This document shows positions 8,647 to 18,247 of a DNA stretch of 54,140 bases, one piece after another. The notes below the pieces were generated by a model. It was given only the letters and a program-made list of their open reading frames with translations. It ran no database searches and was not told where the DNA came from. A program made the position numbers and the translations under genes. The stretch comes from a virus (lineage: Duplodnaviria; Caudoviricetes). Every line of letters begins with the position of its first letter. Position 1 is the stretch's first letter. The stretch is from positions 1 to 54,140 of the IMG/VR virus record IMGVR_UViG_3300033489_000011. One strand, given 5' to 3'.

Positions 8647-8892
8647 TTGACAGGACATCGCCGGATACGCCCTGCTAATGAACGAAACGGGCTGAGCAAT
8701 CGTCTCATGGCGGCCATCCTGAATGATGCCAATGGCGTGAAACTCCCTTGGTGGCGACGTATTTGGAAGAAAGGCGCCGCCGCTCCTGAGATCGTGAACC
8801 GGAGCAAATATCCTCCACACCAGGGCGACCGGGAAAAGGCCAGGCGTCTCAGACAATTAGCAAAAAGGATGATCGGTGTTGACCATGTTTGA
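8647..8892 (+). CDS. Hypothetical basic protein
   Basis: RSKYPPHQGDREKARRLRQ motif; fits the operon. Confidence 0.5.
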   Translation: MTGHRRIRPANERNGLSNRLMAAILNDANGVKLPWWRRIWKKGAAAPEIVNRSKYPPHQGDREKARRLRQLAKRMIGVDHV

Positions 8893-9166
8893 AGCTGCCG
8901 GTGTCATAATGGAACGGACGCCAATGGAGCGCCCCGGCTGGTGGTTCGAAACGGATTGTCACATGGAATTTCAGCCAGAGAATCCTAACGCGTCCGAATG
9001 GCAAAATCGCCGCATGAGGGCTTTCGTTTCGCGGCAGCAGGGGAGATGGGTGGCTCATCGCGTTGACGGGCCGACCATCACGAGGCTCGGCGCTCGGGAC
9101 GAACGCGATGCGGCGATGGACCTATGCGAGCGCAAACTGCAGCAACAGGTATTTTGGATTGATTGA
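8885..9166 (+). CDS. Hypothetical protein
   Basis: Overlaps the previous stop; fits the operon. Confidence 0.5.
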   Translation: MFEAAGVIMERTPMERPGWWFETDCHMEFQPENPNASEWQNRRMRAFVSRQQGRWVAHRVDGPTITRLGARDERDAAMDLCERKLQQQVFWID

Positions 9167-9340
9167 ATGTTTGAAATCAACCGCCGGCCGATGATCACGG
9201 AGATCCGCTGTGGGCACTGCTACGCCGCGATGGAGATCAACACGGATCATAAGCGCCTGATTGAACGTTCCATCGCCGAATTCGAGCGCCGGCATATTTG
9301 CCGCAATACAGAAAATCATGCCGCCATAGAGGAGAATTGA
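9167..9340 (+). CDS. Small putative zinc-binding protein (57 aa)
   Basis: MFEINRRPMITEIRCGHC...RHIC; read manually, below the ORF track cutoff. Confidence 0.5.
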   Translation: MFEINRRPMITEIRCGHCYAAMEINTDHKRLIERSIAEFERRHICRNTENHAAIEEN

Positions 9341-9487
9341 CGTGGGCATCGCCGCCAAACACCTCGGAGAAGCGCGCCGCGCGGAGATCGCCAGGGGGCT
9401 TTATCGGGATGACGACGAAGATGCCTATGGGGCATTTTTTCGTTTATGCTGAACAAGGGGGATTTTGCCGAGCTACCATATTCATAT

Positions 9488-9578
9488 TGTGATCGTCAGG
9501 GTGGCGCACTCCGCGTCGACGGCTTTCATCCATCGCAGGGGATGCAGAATCGCGTCTCTGTCTATCTGGGCGTTCTCC
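9488..9578 (-). repeat. Inverted diverged copy of an internal segment of the phage dnaN (15830..15920)
   Basis: 91 nt with 8 mismatches to dnaN; lies in a 32-codon minus-strand ORF 9482..9580. Confidence 0.9.
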
Positions 9579-9733
9579 ATTTATTCCATAAGAAACGGAG
9601 AATAAGAAAATTAATGACATCTAAATATTATTCATCATCAATTCAAACAATTTCTAAGGGCCGCGCTTCTTCTGATGCCCCGCACCCTATATTAAATAAT
9701 CAAATCAAGTATCTATGGCCATCTCTACTCTGC

Positions 9734-9775
9734 GGGTCCTTCCTGGAGCCCAGCAATCATACGGCACACAGAACC
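9734..9775 (+). other. Candidate lambda-like cos (cosQ + cosN)
   Basis: GGGTCCT-19 nt-TACG then 12 nt GCACACAGAACC; same cosQ sequence and spacing as I recall for lambda; terminase is gpA-type. Confidence 0.55.
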
Positions 9776-9855
9776 CCAAAATTCGACTCCGGGTGAATTA
9801 TCATTTTGATGGGAAAACGGGAATTTGTGAACATCGAATGGCGGACAGGTGAATC

Positions 9856-10119
9856 ATGGAAGATGTGAGCTGCCCAGATTGCAAGGGGACCAGGTTGCAA
9901 AGGTACGGCAAGACCGCCGCCGGGCTGCCGAAATACCGATGTCTCGGTCCTGACTGTGGGCGTCAGTTCGTTGCCGGCTCTCATCACCTGATCGACCCGG
10001 AGAAAAAGAAGATCGTCATGGCGTTAATTGAGCAGGACACGCCGCCGAGGAAAATCGAGAAGGCCGTCCAAGGGATCTCCCTGCGATGGATCTATGAGCT
10101 CAGGAGGAGAGGGCGATGA
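9856..10119 (+). CDS. Zinc-ribbon + HTH protein (IS1 InsA-like fold)
   Basis: CPDC..RYGKTAAGLPKYRC..C plus C-terminal HTH. Confidence 0.7.
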   Translation: MEDVSCPDCKGTRLQRYGKTAAGLPKYRCLGPDCGRQFVAGSHHLIDPEKKKIVMALIEQDTPPRKIEKAVQGISLRWIYELRRRGR

Positions 10120-10265
10120 AAAAGCATAAACCTAACCACCGCGTTCGCCGGTGCCGTATATGCGGCTGTACCGACGATGATTGCAGTGTCTGTATCGAGA
10201 AGACCGGCGAGCCGTGCCATTGGGTTGAAGAAGACCTTTGCAGCGCATGTGCAGGCGCCGCTTAA
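10116..10265 (+). CDS. Small Cys-rich protein (49 aa)
   Basis: CRICGCTDDDC..C..GEPCHWVEEDLCSAC; ATGA-coupled, RBS present. Confidence 0.65.
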   Translation: MKKHKPNHRVRRCRICGCTDDDCSVCIEKTGEPCHWVEEDLCSACAGAA

Positions 10266-10285
10266 ATCGTGAAAGATCATACTGA

Positions 10286-11863
10286 ATGACTGACTCAATG
10301 GATGACATCCGCAAACAGGTGCAGGAGCGAGTCGCGGAGGAGGCGGCGCAGCTTCCACAACCCGAGGAGCGCCCGAAGATCACCAGCAAGCTGATCCATG
10401 AATGCCTCTTCGCCAACGAGCTGGGCGACGCGACTCTTTACGCGACGCTGTTCCGCGACCAGCTCCTCTACTGCAAAAACACCCAGGAATGGTTCGAGTG
10501 GTCCGGCCACTACTGGCAGCGCGATATCATGAACCGATCGCTCGCCGCCGTCGAGAAAATCGTCGAGAAGTATCTCGATGAGTATAAGTTGATCGGCGAG
10601 GAGATCATCACCGTGTCCACCGACTCCTCTGACGACGACCGCCCCGAGAAGCTCAAGAAGCTCAAGATCACCCAGGCCAATCTCCTCAAGCGCGTCTCCC
10701 AGCTCCGAGCCGACAAGCGCCGCACCGCCTGCCTGAAATTCGCCCACACGATCGAGGATCCGATCGCAATCAAGGGCGAGGAGTTCGATGACAAGCCGAT
10801 GCTCTTTCCCTGCGCGAACGGCGTCATCGATCTGGAGACCGGCCGCCTCAAGCCTGGCCGACCGTCCGACTTCCTCTCCCTGGCCAGCCCGGTCCCGTTC
10901 CTCGACATCAACACGCCGGCGCCGCTCTGGGAAAAGTCGCTCCAGGAGATCTTCAACAAGAACGAGGACGTGATCGGCTACCTCCGGCGCCTCTTCGGCT
11001 ATTCGATTACGGGTCTGGTCCGGGAGAAGGTTTTCCCGGTCCTCTATGGCCGCACCGGCTGGAATGGCCGCAGCCTGATCATCGAGACGATTTCCTACGT
11101 CATGGGCGAGCTGGCCGGCTCGATCCCTTCGGAGATGCTTCTTTCTCAAAAATTCTCAAGGAGCTCCTCCGGCCCGTCTCCGGACATCATGTCCCTGAAG
11201 GGCATCCGCATGGCTTTTGCCTCGGAGATCGACGAGGGCCAGCGCTTCAGCGCCTCTAAGATCAAATGGCTCACCGGCAAGGACGAGCTCGTCGGCCGCT
11301 CGCCGCACGATAAATATCCAACCCGCTTTGCGCCGACCCATAAGCTTTTCATCATGACGAACACCCAGCCGAAGGCGCCGCCGAACGACAAGGCGTTCTG
11401 GGAGCGCATGCACTTGATCCCTTTTACGGTTTCGTTCGTCAACCGCGATCCCCAGGAGTCGCACGAGCGCCGCGCCATCCTGGATCTGGACCAGCAGGTC
11501 CTCGCCGAGGCCTCCGGGATTCTCGCCTGGCTGGTTCGCGGCTGCCTGGAATACCAGCGGGACGGCATCAATCCGCCGAAGGACATTACGGAGGCGACGG
11601 AGATGTACCGCCGCGGAGAGGACCTCCTGGCCGACTTCATCGATGAGTGCTGCATACGGGAACCGAAGGCGAAGGAAAAGGCAGCGGTGCTCTTTAACCG
11701 ATTCAGGGAATGGTACGGCGAAAATATAGGCAAAACCGACAAACTCACAGGGACCTGGTTCGGAAAGCACCTCTCTGAGAAGTTCGATAAGGGTAAAAGC
11801 AACGGCGTCGTCGTCTATCACGGCATCGCCCTGGCCAGCAATCAGGAAGAGTTGGAGGGTTGA
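10286..11863 (+). CDS. P4/D5-family SF3 helicase (phage/plasmid primase P4 C-terminal type)
   Basis: D5_N motif FPCANGVIDLETG; degenerate Walker A GRTGWNGRS; ASE Walker B; IKWLTGKD; TN..P..DKAFWER. Confidence 0.9.
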   Translation: MTDSMDDIRKQVQERVAEEAAQLPQPEERPKITSKLIHECLFANELGDATLYATLFRDQLLYCKNTQEWFEWSGHYWQRDIMNRSLAAVEKIVEKYLDEYKLIGEEIITVSTDSSDDDRPEKLKKLKITQANLLKRVSQLRADKRRTACLKFAHTIEDPIAIKGEEFDDKPMLFPCANGVIDLETGRLKPGRPSDFLSLASPVPFLDINTPAPLWEKSLQEIFNKNEDVIGYLRRLFGYSITGLVREKVFPVLYGRTGWNGRSLIIETISYVMGELAGSIPSEMLLSQKFSRSSSGPSPDIMSLKGIRMAFASEIDEGQRFSASKIKWLTGKDELVGRSPHDKYPTRFAPTHKLFIMTNTQPKAPPNDKAFWERMHLIPFTVSFVNRDPQESHERRAILDLDQQVLAEASGILAWLVRGCLEYQRDGINPPKDITEATEMYRRGEDLLADFIDECCIREPKAKEKAAVLFNRFREWYGENIGKTDKLTGTWFGKHLSEKFDKGKSNGVVVYHGIALASNQEELEG

Positions 11864-12302
11864 AAGGATGAATATTTCATTTCTGAATAATTTGAATAAA
11901 CGCGGCCAAAGTCCGGCGCAACCCTCCACCCTCCCGGTCATAGGCCCGCCGGCAGCCCGGCGAGCCAATAATCAGGGAGACTTTATTTTTCTCCCCATAT
12001 TTTCCGCTCACGCCGCAACCATCCGCAATCAATCAGGGATTGCCGTAGATGGTTGGATAGTTGCTTCTTTTTTGGGGAGGGTGGCGGGTTTATCCAGGGT
12101 TTATTCGGCACACGCTTTTTGAAAATGCTTAGATCAATAAATAAGGGGGGGAACCCTCCAACCCTCCCTATAAGTCATTACAAGGAAGGGGATTATTATT
12201 TATTATTATTGTAAATAATGTAATAAAAATAGATAGATAAAAGAAGAAAGAGAAGGAAAAAAGGGCGGCGATAAAATCGCCGGCGAATTTTCAAACCCTC
12301 CC
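11851..12302. other. Putative replication origin region
   Basis: Repeated (A)CCCTCC(A/C) motifs in both orientations plus a very AT-rich tract at 12195..12262, between helicase and primase. Confidence 0.45.
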
Positions 12303-12318
12303 TGAATAGAAAAAAGGA

Positions 12319-12594
12319 GTGAATATGAAACGACCCCCAATCCATGTATCTGAATTGAATGGAGCGATTGTTGCCGTGCAACGTCACATGAAGAACGTAT
12401 TGAATCGTAAGGGTCCTGGCTCTTTTGTATCATCCCACGAGATATTAGGTGTTCTCACGGATGAGCGAAGCGAGCTTATTGTCGCGATTCAAAGCAAAGC
12501 CGGTCTTGAAAAAATACGTCATGAATTATTGGATGACGCGGTGGCGGCTCTTTTTGGCGTGGCTTGTATTGATTCCGGAACGGTGGAATGGTGA
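12319..12594 (+). CDS. MazG-like helical protein
   Basis: SSHEILGVLTDERSEL..IRHELLDDAVAA. Confidence 0.55.
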   Translation: MNMKRPPIHVSELNGAIVAVQRHMKNVLNRKGPGSFVSSHEILGVLTDERSELIVAIQSKAGLEKIRHELLDDAVAALFGVACIDSGTVEW

Positions 12595-13970
12595 TGAACA
12601 CCCTTGACCTGGCCACAAAGCGCGTGCAGCTCAAAAAGGTCTCCTCGACACACGGCGGAGAATACCAGGGGCCCTGCCCGGGCTGCGGCGGGACGGACCG
12701 CTTCCACGTCTGGCCGCAGCAGAACGAAGGCAAGGGCGGTTATTGGTGCCGGGGCTGCGGAAAGGCCGGCGACAATATCCAGTTCCTTCGGGATTTTGAG
12801 GGGCTCACGTTCCGAGAGGCATGCGCCCGGCTCGACATTTCTCTCCCGGAGCGTCCCCGATCGCGCGGGGACCGGCCGCCGCCGCAGACCGCTCCCGAAT
12901 TTCACCCGGACCGGCATGTCCCTCCTGCCGATCTCTGGCAGGAAAAGGCGGATAAGTTGATTGCCTGGGCGCAGACCAATCTCTCAAAGAACGCCGAGAC
13001 ACTCGCCTGGCTTGCCGGTTGCGGGATCAGCACAGAGACGGCGGCGAACTTCCGCCTCGGCTGGAACCCCGGTGAAGACGGGAAGGATCTCTATCGGCCG
13101 CGCAAGTCCTGGGGCCTGCCGGAGGTCCTGAAGGACGACGGCCGCCCGAAAGCGCTCTGGATCCCTCGAGGCCTCGTCATCCCCTACATCGTCGACGGGA
13201 TCGTCTATCGGATCAGGATCCGCCGGCCCGAGGGTGAGCCCCGATACTATGTCCTCCCGGGATCGTCCATGGCCACCATGATCATCGGCCGGGAGCGCCG
13301 CGCTTTTGTCATCGTCGAGTCGGAGCTCGACGCGATCGCCGTCGCGGCGAGTACACCGTATCTGTCCGGATCGGTCGCCCTGGGATCGGTCTCCGCCAAG
13401 CCGGATGCCAACACCTATGCCGTGCTGCAGGGCGCCCTCCAGATCCTGAACGCCCTGGACTATGACGCCGCCGGCGCGAAAGCAATTGAATGGTGGGATG
13501 AGCATTTCGACCGCTGCGACCGCTGGCCGGTCCCCCAGGGCAAAGATCCCGGCGATGCCGTTCGGATGGGGACAGACCTTGAACAGTGGATAAAAGCGGG
13601 GCTCCCGCCGGCGTTGACAATCGGTAATGCGCGAGATGCCTCCAAGGGTGCGTATATCCCTTCGGAAATTCTTCAGGACGCTCATCCTCTGGCCGTCGCT
13701 GTGGAGAAACCCGACAAGATCGAGCTGGTGACAAGCCTGGACTATCCGCCGCCGGTCCTTGAATTATGGGGCCTTCTCAAAAAGAACCCGAGCGTTAAGA
13801 TCATCAATACGCCGACGCGCTTCACCGTCCTTCGCGACGGGAAATACGTCGGCGGCCGGATCAACGAGCTGGTCTTCCGGACGCTGGAAGTGACCGATTA
13901 CCTGTCGAACCACCCCGCCGAAGAGATCGACGCGGCGAATCTGATTGTTGAAGGAAGAAAACGTGAATAA
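12594..13970 (+). CDS. DNA primase (zinc-binding domain + Toprim)
   Basis: GPCPGCGGTDRF..YWCRGC; IVESELDAIA; LDYDAAG; KDPGD. Confidence 0.9.
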   Translation: MNTLDLATKRVQLKKVSSTHGGEYQGPCPGCGGTDRFHVWPQQNEGKGGYWCRGCGKAGDNIQFLRDFEGLTFREACARLDISLPERPRSRGDRPPPQTAPEFHPDRHVPPADLWQEKADKLIAWAQTNLSKNAETLAWLAGCGISTETAANFRLGWNPGEDGKDLYRPRKSWGLPEVLKDDGRPKALWIPRGLVIPYIVDGIVYRIRIRRPEGEPRYYVLPGSSMATMIIGRERRAFVIVESELDAIAVAASTPYLSGSVALGSVSAKPDANTYAVLQGALQILNALDYDAAGAKAIEWWDEHFDRCDRWPVPQGKDPGDAVRMGTDLEQWIKAGLPPALTIGNARDASKGAYIPSEILQDAHPLAVAVEKPDKIELVTSLDYPPPVLELWGLLKKNPSVKIINTPTRFTVLRDGKYVGGRINELVFRTLEVTDYLSNHPAEEIDAANLIVEGRKRE

Positions 13971-14217
13971 AAACAGGCCGATCATTAATCATATCGCGGT
14001 TATCATCGACGGGAAATGGACGACGCGGACGTTCCTGCCACTCTTCGACGACCTACTGATCTGGGCGGAGGATGTCAAATGTCCTTCCGAATGTTCGCTG
14101 GCCTGTCATGTCCACCCGATGGTCATGGATGAAATTAAGCCGTACGTCTATCACAAGCTATGCACAATAACCGTGATCCGGGCAGGGCTGGTCACCAGAA
14201 AAGAAATCACGCGATGA
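13963..14217 (+). CDS. Hypothetical protein
   Basis: Overlaps the primase stop; fills the gap. Confidence 0.4.
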   Translation: MNKNRPIINHIAVIIDGKWTTRTFLPLFDDLLIWAEDVKCPSECSLACHVHPMVMDEIKPYVYHKLCTITVIRAGLVTRKEITR

Positions 14218-14223
14218 GTTGCC

Positions 14224-15027
14224 TTGGAAGAAATGATGGATAAGGAAACCCTCGAAAAACTGATTGCCGACCAGCCCAAGGAGATCCGGGCGAAGGGCGT
14301 CCTGTTATTCAACGGAGCGGCCCAGTGCGCGCAGAACTATCAGACTGCCTCCACCGCCGCGAATCTCCGCGATTGGGAGGCGGCCCAGGTTGCCCTGGCC
14401 AAGTTCGCCGAGCAGATTGGCGTCAATGAAGATTCCGAAAGACCGTTCCCTACGATCGCCGACATCCTGGATTATCTTAAAGAAGACGGCTGGCGCGTGA
14501 CAAAAACCAGCCTTTACCGTCACCAGAAGGAGGGGAAATTTCTCCCGCAGCGCGACGGAAGCTATGCGCGCAAGGATATCGACAAGTATGCCAAGTCCTG
14601 GCTCAAGCGGCAATCTACCGGGCAGCGCCTCAGAGAGAGGACGGACGATCTCCAGAGCCGAAAGCTGGACCAGGAACTAAGAATTGGCGCAATCGAGGAA
14701 AAGCGCAAGCAATTATCGCTCGACAAGGAGCAGGGAATGTACATCCCCAAGGAGTTGATGGAGGTTGAGCTGGCCGCCCGTGCGGGCGTCCTCAATGCGG
14801 GGCTGAAGCATTGGATCCAATCCCGCGCCGCCGATTGGATCCGGGCGGGGGGGGGAGATACGAAGCACGCGGGCGAACTGATCAGCCTTATGAGCAGAGA
14901 CCTGGACGAGCATATAAACAGTTATGCCAGCGCTCTGGAATACGAGGTCGTCATCGATGCGGAGGAGGAGGAGGATACCGACGCGCCGGCGGAAACCGGC
15001 GAAGAACTTACGACGGAGGCATGTTAG
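14224..15027 (+). CDS. Probable terminase small subunit
   Basis: Central HTH (VTKTSLYRH..GK), coiled coil, and EQGMYIPKE..E.ELAARA as in Nu1-type proteins; upstream of terL. Confidence 0.6.
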   Translation: MEEMMDKETLEKLIADQPKEIRAKGVLLFNGAAQCAQNYQTASTAANLRDWEAAQVALAKFAEQIGVNEDSERPFPTIADILDYLKEDGWRVTKTSLYRHQKEGKFLPQRDGSYARKDIDKYAKSWLKRQSTGQRLRERTDDLQSRKLDQELRIGAIEEKRKQLSLDKEQGMYIPKELMEVELAARAGVLNAGLKHWIQSRAADWIRAGGGDTKHAGELISLMSRDLDEHINSYASALEYEVVIDAEEEEDTDAPAETGEELTTEAC

Positions 15028-15029
15028 CT

Positions 15030-16163
15030 ATGGAATTTACGATTGATAAAAATGTGTTTCTGGCGGGAATCCAAAAGACCCTGGGCATTGTGGAGAAAAA
15101 AGCCACGCAGCCGATCCTGAGCAATCTGCTCATCAGGACGGATGGAGCCGGGATAAAGATCGTGGCCACGGACCAGGAGATCGGAATGGTTGCCGATTAT
15201 GAGGCGAGTCTGATCGCGATGGGGGAAATCACCCTATCGGCGCGAAAGCTCTTCGAGATGGTGCGCGAACTCCAGGGAGAGAGGATCCATATGATCACGG
15301 AAGCGGCCAACAATGGGGCGGTCCTTACCTGCAACAAGGCAGTCTATAAGCTGCCCGGAATGCCGGCGGATGATTACCCGGCGGTGATGGGCCATGAGGA
15401 CCTCCCGTTTTTCACGATCAAGGCGGGCGCCCTCAAAGAATTGATCCGCAAGGTTTCTTTCGCCATGTCCGCCGATGAAACGCGGCGGGCGCTGAACGGT
15501 GTATTTCTGGAAAAGGAGATCGAAGGCAATGTCGCCATGATTCGGATGGTGGCCACCGACGGCCACCGTCTCGCGGTGTCAAGGATGAAAACGGAAGAAA
15601 GCGACATATCCATCCCGGGAGGCCTGCGTCCGGAATCAACGCCCGGGATTATCATCCCCAGGAAAGGTCTGAACGAGATCCGCAAGCTGATCGATGAGGA
15701 TCCCGATCATGTATTTATCGGAGTCTGTCCGGGGGTCCTCATCGTCAAGGATGATCACACCTGGCTCCGGATCAGCCTGATCGATGGCGAGTACCCGGAT
15801 TATCGGCGCGTCATCCCGGCTGACAAAGGGGAGAACGCCCGGATAGACAGGGACGCGATTCTGCATTCCTTGCGCAGGATGAAAGTCGTCAACGCGGAGT
15901 GCGCCACCCTGACGATCACAGAGGGCGCGCTCGTCCTGAATTCCGTGCACCCTGATTCGGGCGAATGCAAAGACGAGATCGAGGCGATCTGGGACGGCGA
16001 AGAGAGAATCGTCAAGTTCAACGTCAAATTGCTTCTGGACGAGATCGAGGTGGTGGACGAGCCGACGATCGACTTCGAGATCGGCGAAGGATTGAAACCC
16101 AGCGTAATCAGGGGGACCGACAACGAAAATTACTTTTGCATCGTGATGCCTTTAAGTGCTTGA
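15030..16163 (+). CDS. dnaN: DNA polymerase III beta sliding clamp
   Basis: MEFTID..PILSNLL..ATD, MVATDGHRL, IIPRKG, LIDGEYPDYRRVIP, IVMP; full three-domain length. Confidence 0.95.
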   Translation: MEFTIDKNVFLAGIQKTLGIVEKKATQPILSNLLIRTDGAGIKIVATDQEIGMVADYEASLIAMGEITLSARKLFEMVRELQGERIHMITEAANNGAVLTCNKAVYKLPGMPADDYPAVMGHEDLPFFTIKAGALKELIRKVSFAMSADETRRALNGVFLEKEIEGNVAMIRMVATDGHRLAVSRMKTEESDISIPGGLRPESTPGIIIPRKGLNEIRKLIDEDPDHVFIGVCPGVLIVKDDHTWLRISLIDGEYPDYRRVIPADKGENARIDRDAILHSLRRMKVVNAECATLTITEGALVLNSVHPDSGECKDEIEAIWDGEERIVKFNVKLLLDEIEVVDEPTIDFEIGEGLKPSVIRGTDNENYFCIVMPLSA

Positions 16164-16174
16164 AAGAAGAAGTT

Positions 16175-18238
16175 ATGCTGGCCACCCTCCACATCCCCCG
16201 GTCCACGCCCTGGCTGCCGCCTTCGCTCCTGGCGATCGCCGGGGAGATCCGCCACACGTTTCGATTCTCCGAGCCGGAGCGGAAGATTTTCCGCCGTCAC
16301 AAGAAGATCCCCGTCTCCCGCTGGGCTGAAAGGTACCGTCATGTCACCATGTCGGTTCTCCCGGGGAAATGGAAAAATGAGGTCACCCCCTACCTGGCCG
16401 GCATCATGGACGCCTCGTTCTTTCCGTCTGTCCAGACGATCATCATCTGCGCGGGGCCGCAGAGCGGTAAGACGGAGTCGGTCCTGAACTGCATCGGCTA
16501 CGCCATCGACCGCGATCCGGGCCCGGTGCTCTTCATCTATCCGGACGAGATGACCGCCCGCGAGAATAACCAGGATCGCATCCAGCCCATGATCAAACAA
16601 AGCCCCCGCCTCCGCAGCTACATGACGGGCCTGGATGACGACAGCTCTATGTTTCGGATCAGCCTCCAGCATATGCTCATCTACATGGCTTGGGCGCGAT
16701 CCGCCGCGCGCCTTGCCAACAAGCCGATCCGCTATGCCGTCTTCGATGAAGTGGATAAATACCCCGACACCGCCGGCAAGCGTGAGGCCGACCCGATTTC
16801 CCTCGGCGAGTCCCGGACGATCACTTATCGTCACAGCCGCAAAACCTGGAAGATCAGCAGTCCGACCACCGAGACGGGGAATATTCATAAGGCCCTCACT
16901 AAGGAGGCGCAGGTCATCTTTGATTATTGGGCGACCTGTCCCGCCTGCGGTCATCACCACCTGATGACCTTCGCTCAGATCCGCTGGGCGCACGAGACGG
17001 AGCCCGGTCCGGATGGGAAATGCCATTCCGTGGACCCGGAAACCATCGAGGCGGAGAAGCTTGCCTGGTATGAGTGCCCTTCCTGCTTGGCCCAGTGGAA
17101 CGACTATGACCGCGACATGGCTGTCCGCCACGGACAATGGCGCGAGCGAAGCAAACATCCACAGTCTCCCGGTCCGGATGGCGATCCCCTTCCGCGGCAG
17201 GGCCTGGCGCTCGCGGATTACCTCAAACAGCGCCGCCCCGTGAAGATCGGCTTTCACGTGCCCTCCCGGATCTCGCCATTCGTTTCGCTTGCCGAGCCAG
17301 CCGCGGCCTTTCTGCGCGGCCTGACGGACGTCCAAAAGTTCAAAGACTGGAAAAACAAGCACGAGGCAGAGCCCTGGAAACTGACGATCGTTTCCAAAAA
17401 CATGGAGCAGATCCTCGCCGCCCGCGTCGATCTACCCGCGCAGACTGTCCCATCGGAGGCGATCGCGCTCACCTGCGGCGTGGACGTCCAGCAGTTCGGT
17501 TTTTGGTTCGCCGTCCGCGCCTGGGCGCCCTACGAGACGAACTGGCTCATCCATTACGGATTTCTTGCCACATGGGAGGACGTCGAACGGCTGATCTTTG
17601 AATCCCACTATCCGGTTGTCGGAGACTCCAGCCGTTCCTTGCAGATTTTCGCCGCCTGTGTGGACACGGGCGGTACAGAGAAAAACCAGTACATGACCAT
17701 GACAGAGGAGACTTACTTCTGGCTGATCAAGAACCGCGGCCGCGGCGGTGTCAACCTCTGGGGCACGAAGGGATCGAGCAGACTGCTTCCCGGCAAATTG
17801 AAGGTTGGCGCTGGGATCGTCTCCACAGAAAGTGGAAAGAAACTTCCCGAGGCCCTGCGGCTTATTGAGGTCGATACCGTAAAGGCCAAGGATCAATATC
17901 ACTATCGCCTACAGCATGCGGTCAAGGAGGAGACCCGCAGTCTCCCCGGCGCTGCGTTTCTCCATTCCGGCACCGGGGAGGACTATGCCGCTCAGATCAT
18001 GGCGGAGGAAAAGCAGATCGACGACAATGACCACGAAAAGTGGGTGAATGTCCATAATCGGCCGAACCATCTCCTCGATGCAGAGGTCCTGGCGGCCGTC
18101 TGTGCCGAGTTGGAGTTTCCAGGCGGAGGCATCCCCCGCCTGGCGGAATACTTGAAACGGGAAGCGGCGCGCCCGTCCGCTCCAAGCGGGCCGAAATTGT
18201 CGAAGGTTGCGAAGTCGAGCTGGATGTCGAGAAAATAG
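16175..18238 (+). CDS. terL: Terminase large subunit, lambda gpA family
   Basis: WAERYR, TPYL, GPQSGKTE Walker A, FDEVDKYP, ISSPT, CPAC..CPSC, LTCGVDVQ, NHLLDAEV. Confidence 0.95.
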   Translation: MLATLHIPRSTPWLPPSLLAIAGEIRHTFRFSEPERKIFRRHKKIPVSRWAERYRHVTMSVLPGKWKNEVTPYLAGIMDASFFPSVQTIIICAGPQSGKTESVLNCIGYAIDRDPGPVLFIYPDEMTARENNQDRIQPMIKQSPRLRSYMTGLDDDSSMFRISLQHMLIYMAWARSAARLANKPIRYAVFDEVDKYPDTAGKREADPISLGESRTITYRHSRKTWKISSPTTETGNIHKALTKEAQVIFDYWATCPACGHHHLMTFAQIRWAHETEPGPDGKCHSVDPETIEAEKLAWYECPSCLAQWNDYDRDMAVRHGQWRERSKHPQSPGPDGDPLPRQGLALADYLKQRRPVKIGFHVPSRISPFVSLAEPAAAFLRGLTDVQKFKDWKNKHEAEPWKLTIVSKNMEQILAARVDLPAQTVPSEAIALTCGVDVQQFGFWFAVRAWAPYETNWLIHYGFLATWEDVERLIFESHYPVVGDSSRSLQIFAACVDTGGTEKNQYMTMTEETYFWLIKNRGRGGVNLWGTKGSSRLLPGKLKVGAGIVSTESGKKLPEALRLIEVDTVKAKDQYHYRLQHAVKEETRSLPGAAFLHSGTGEDYAAQIMAEEKQIDDNDHEKWVNVHNRPNHLLDAEVLAAVCAELEFPGGGIPRLAEYLKREAARPSAPSGPKLSKVAKSSWMSRK

Positions 18239-18247
18239 CGAGGCGAA

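Noticed and set aside
9167-9340. Mu Com translational activator
   Set aside because: EIRCGHC resembles the Com N-terminus, but the second CxxC knuckle is absent and the gene is far from the modification operon
9856-10119. IS1 insertion sequence
   Set aside because: Only an InsA-like zinc/HTH ORF; no InsB DDE domain or terminal inverted repeats seen
13568-13576. Fourteenth palindrome copy in the primase (GGGGACAGA)
   Set aside because: Only a 9-nt half-site with no complementary arm
9488-15920. Diversity-generating retroelement (TR/VR pair)
   Set aside because: Copies are inverted, mismatches are not confined to adenines, and no reverse transcriptase is encoded
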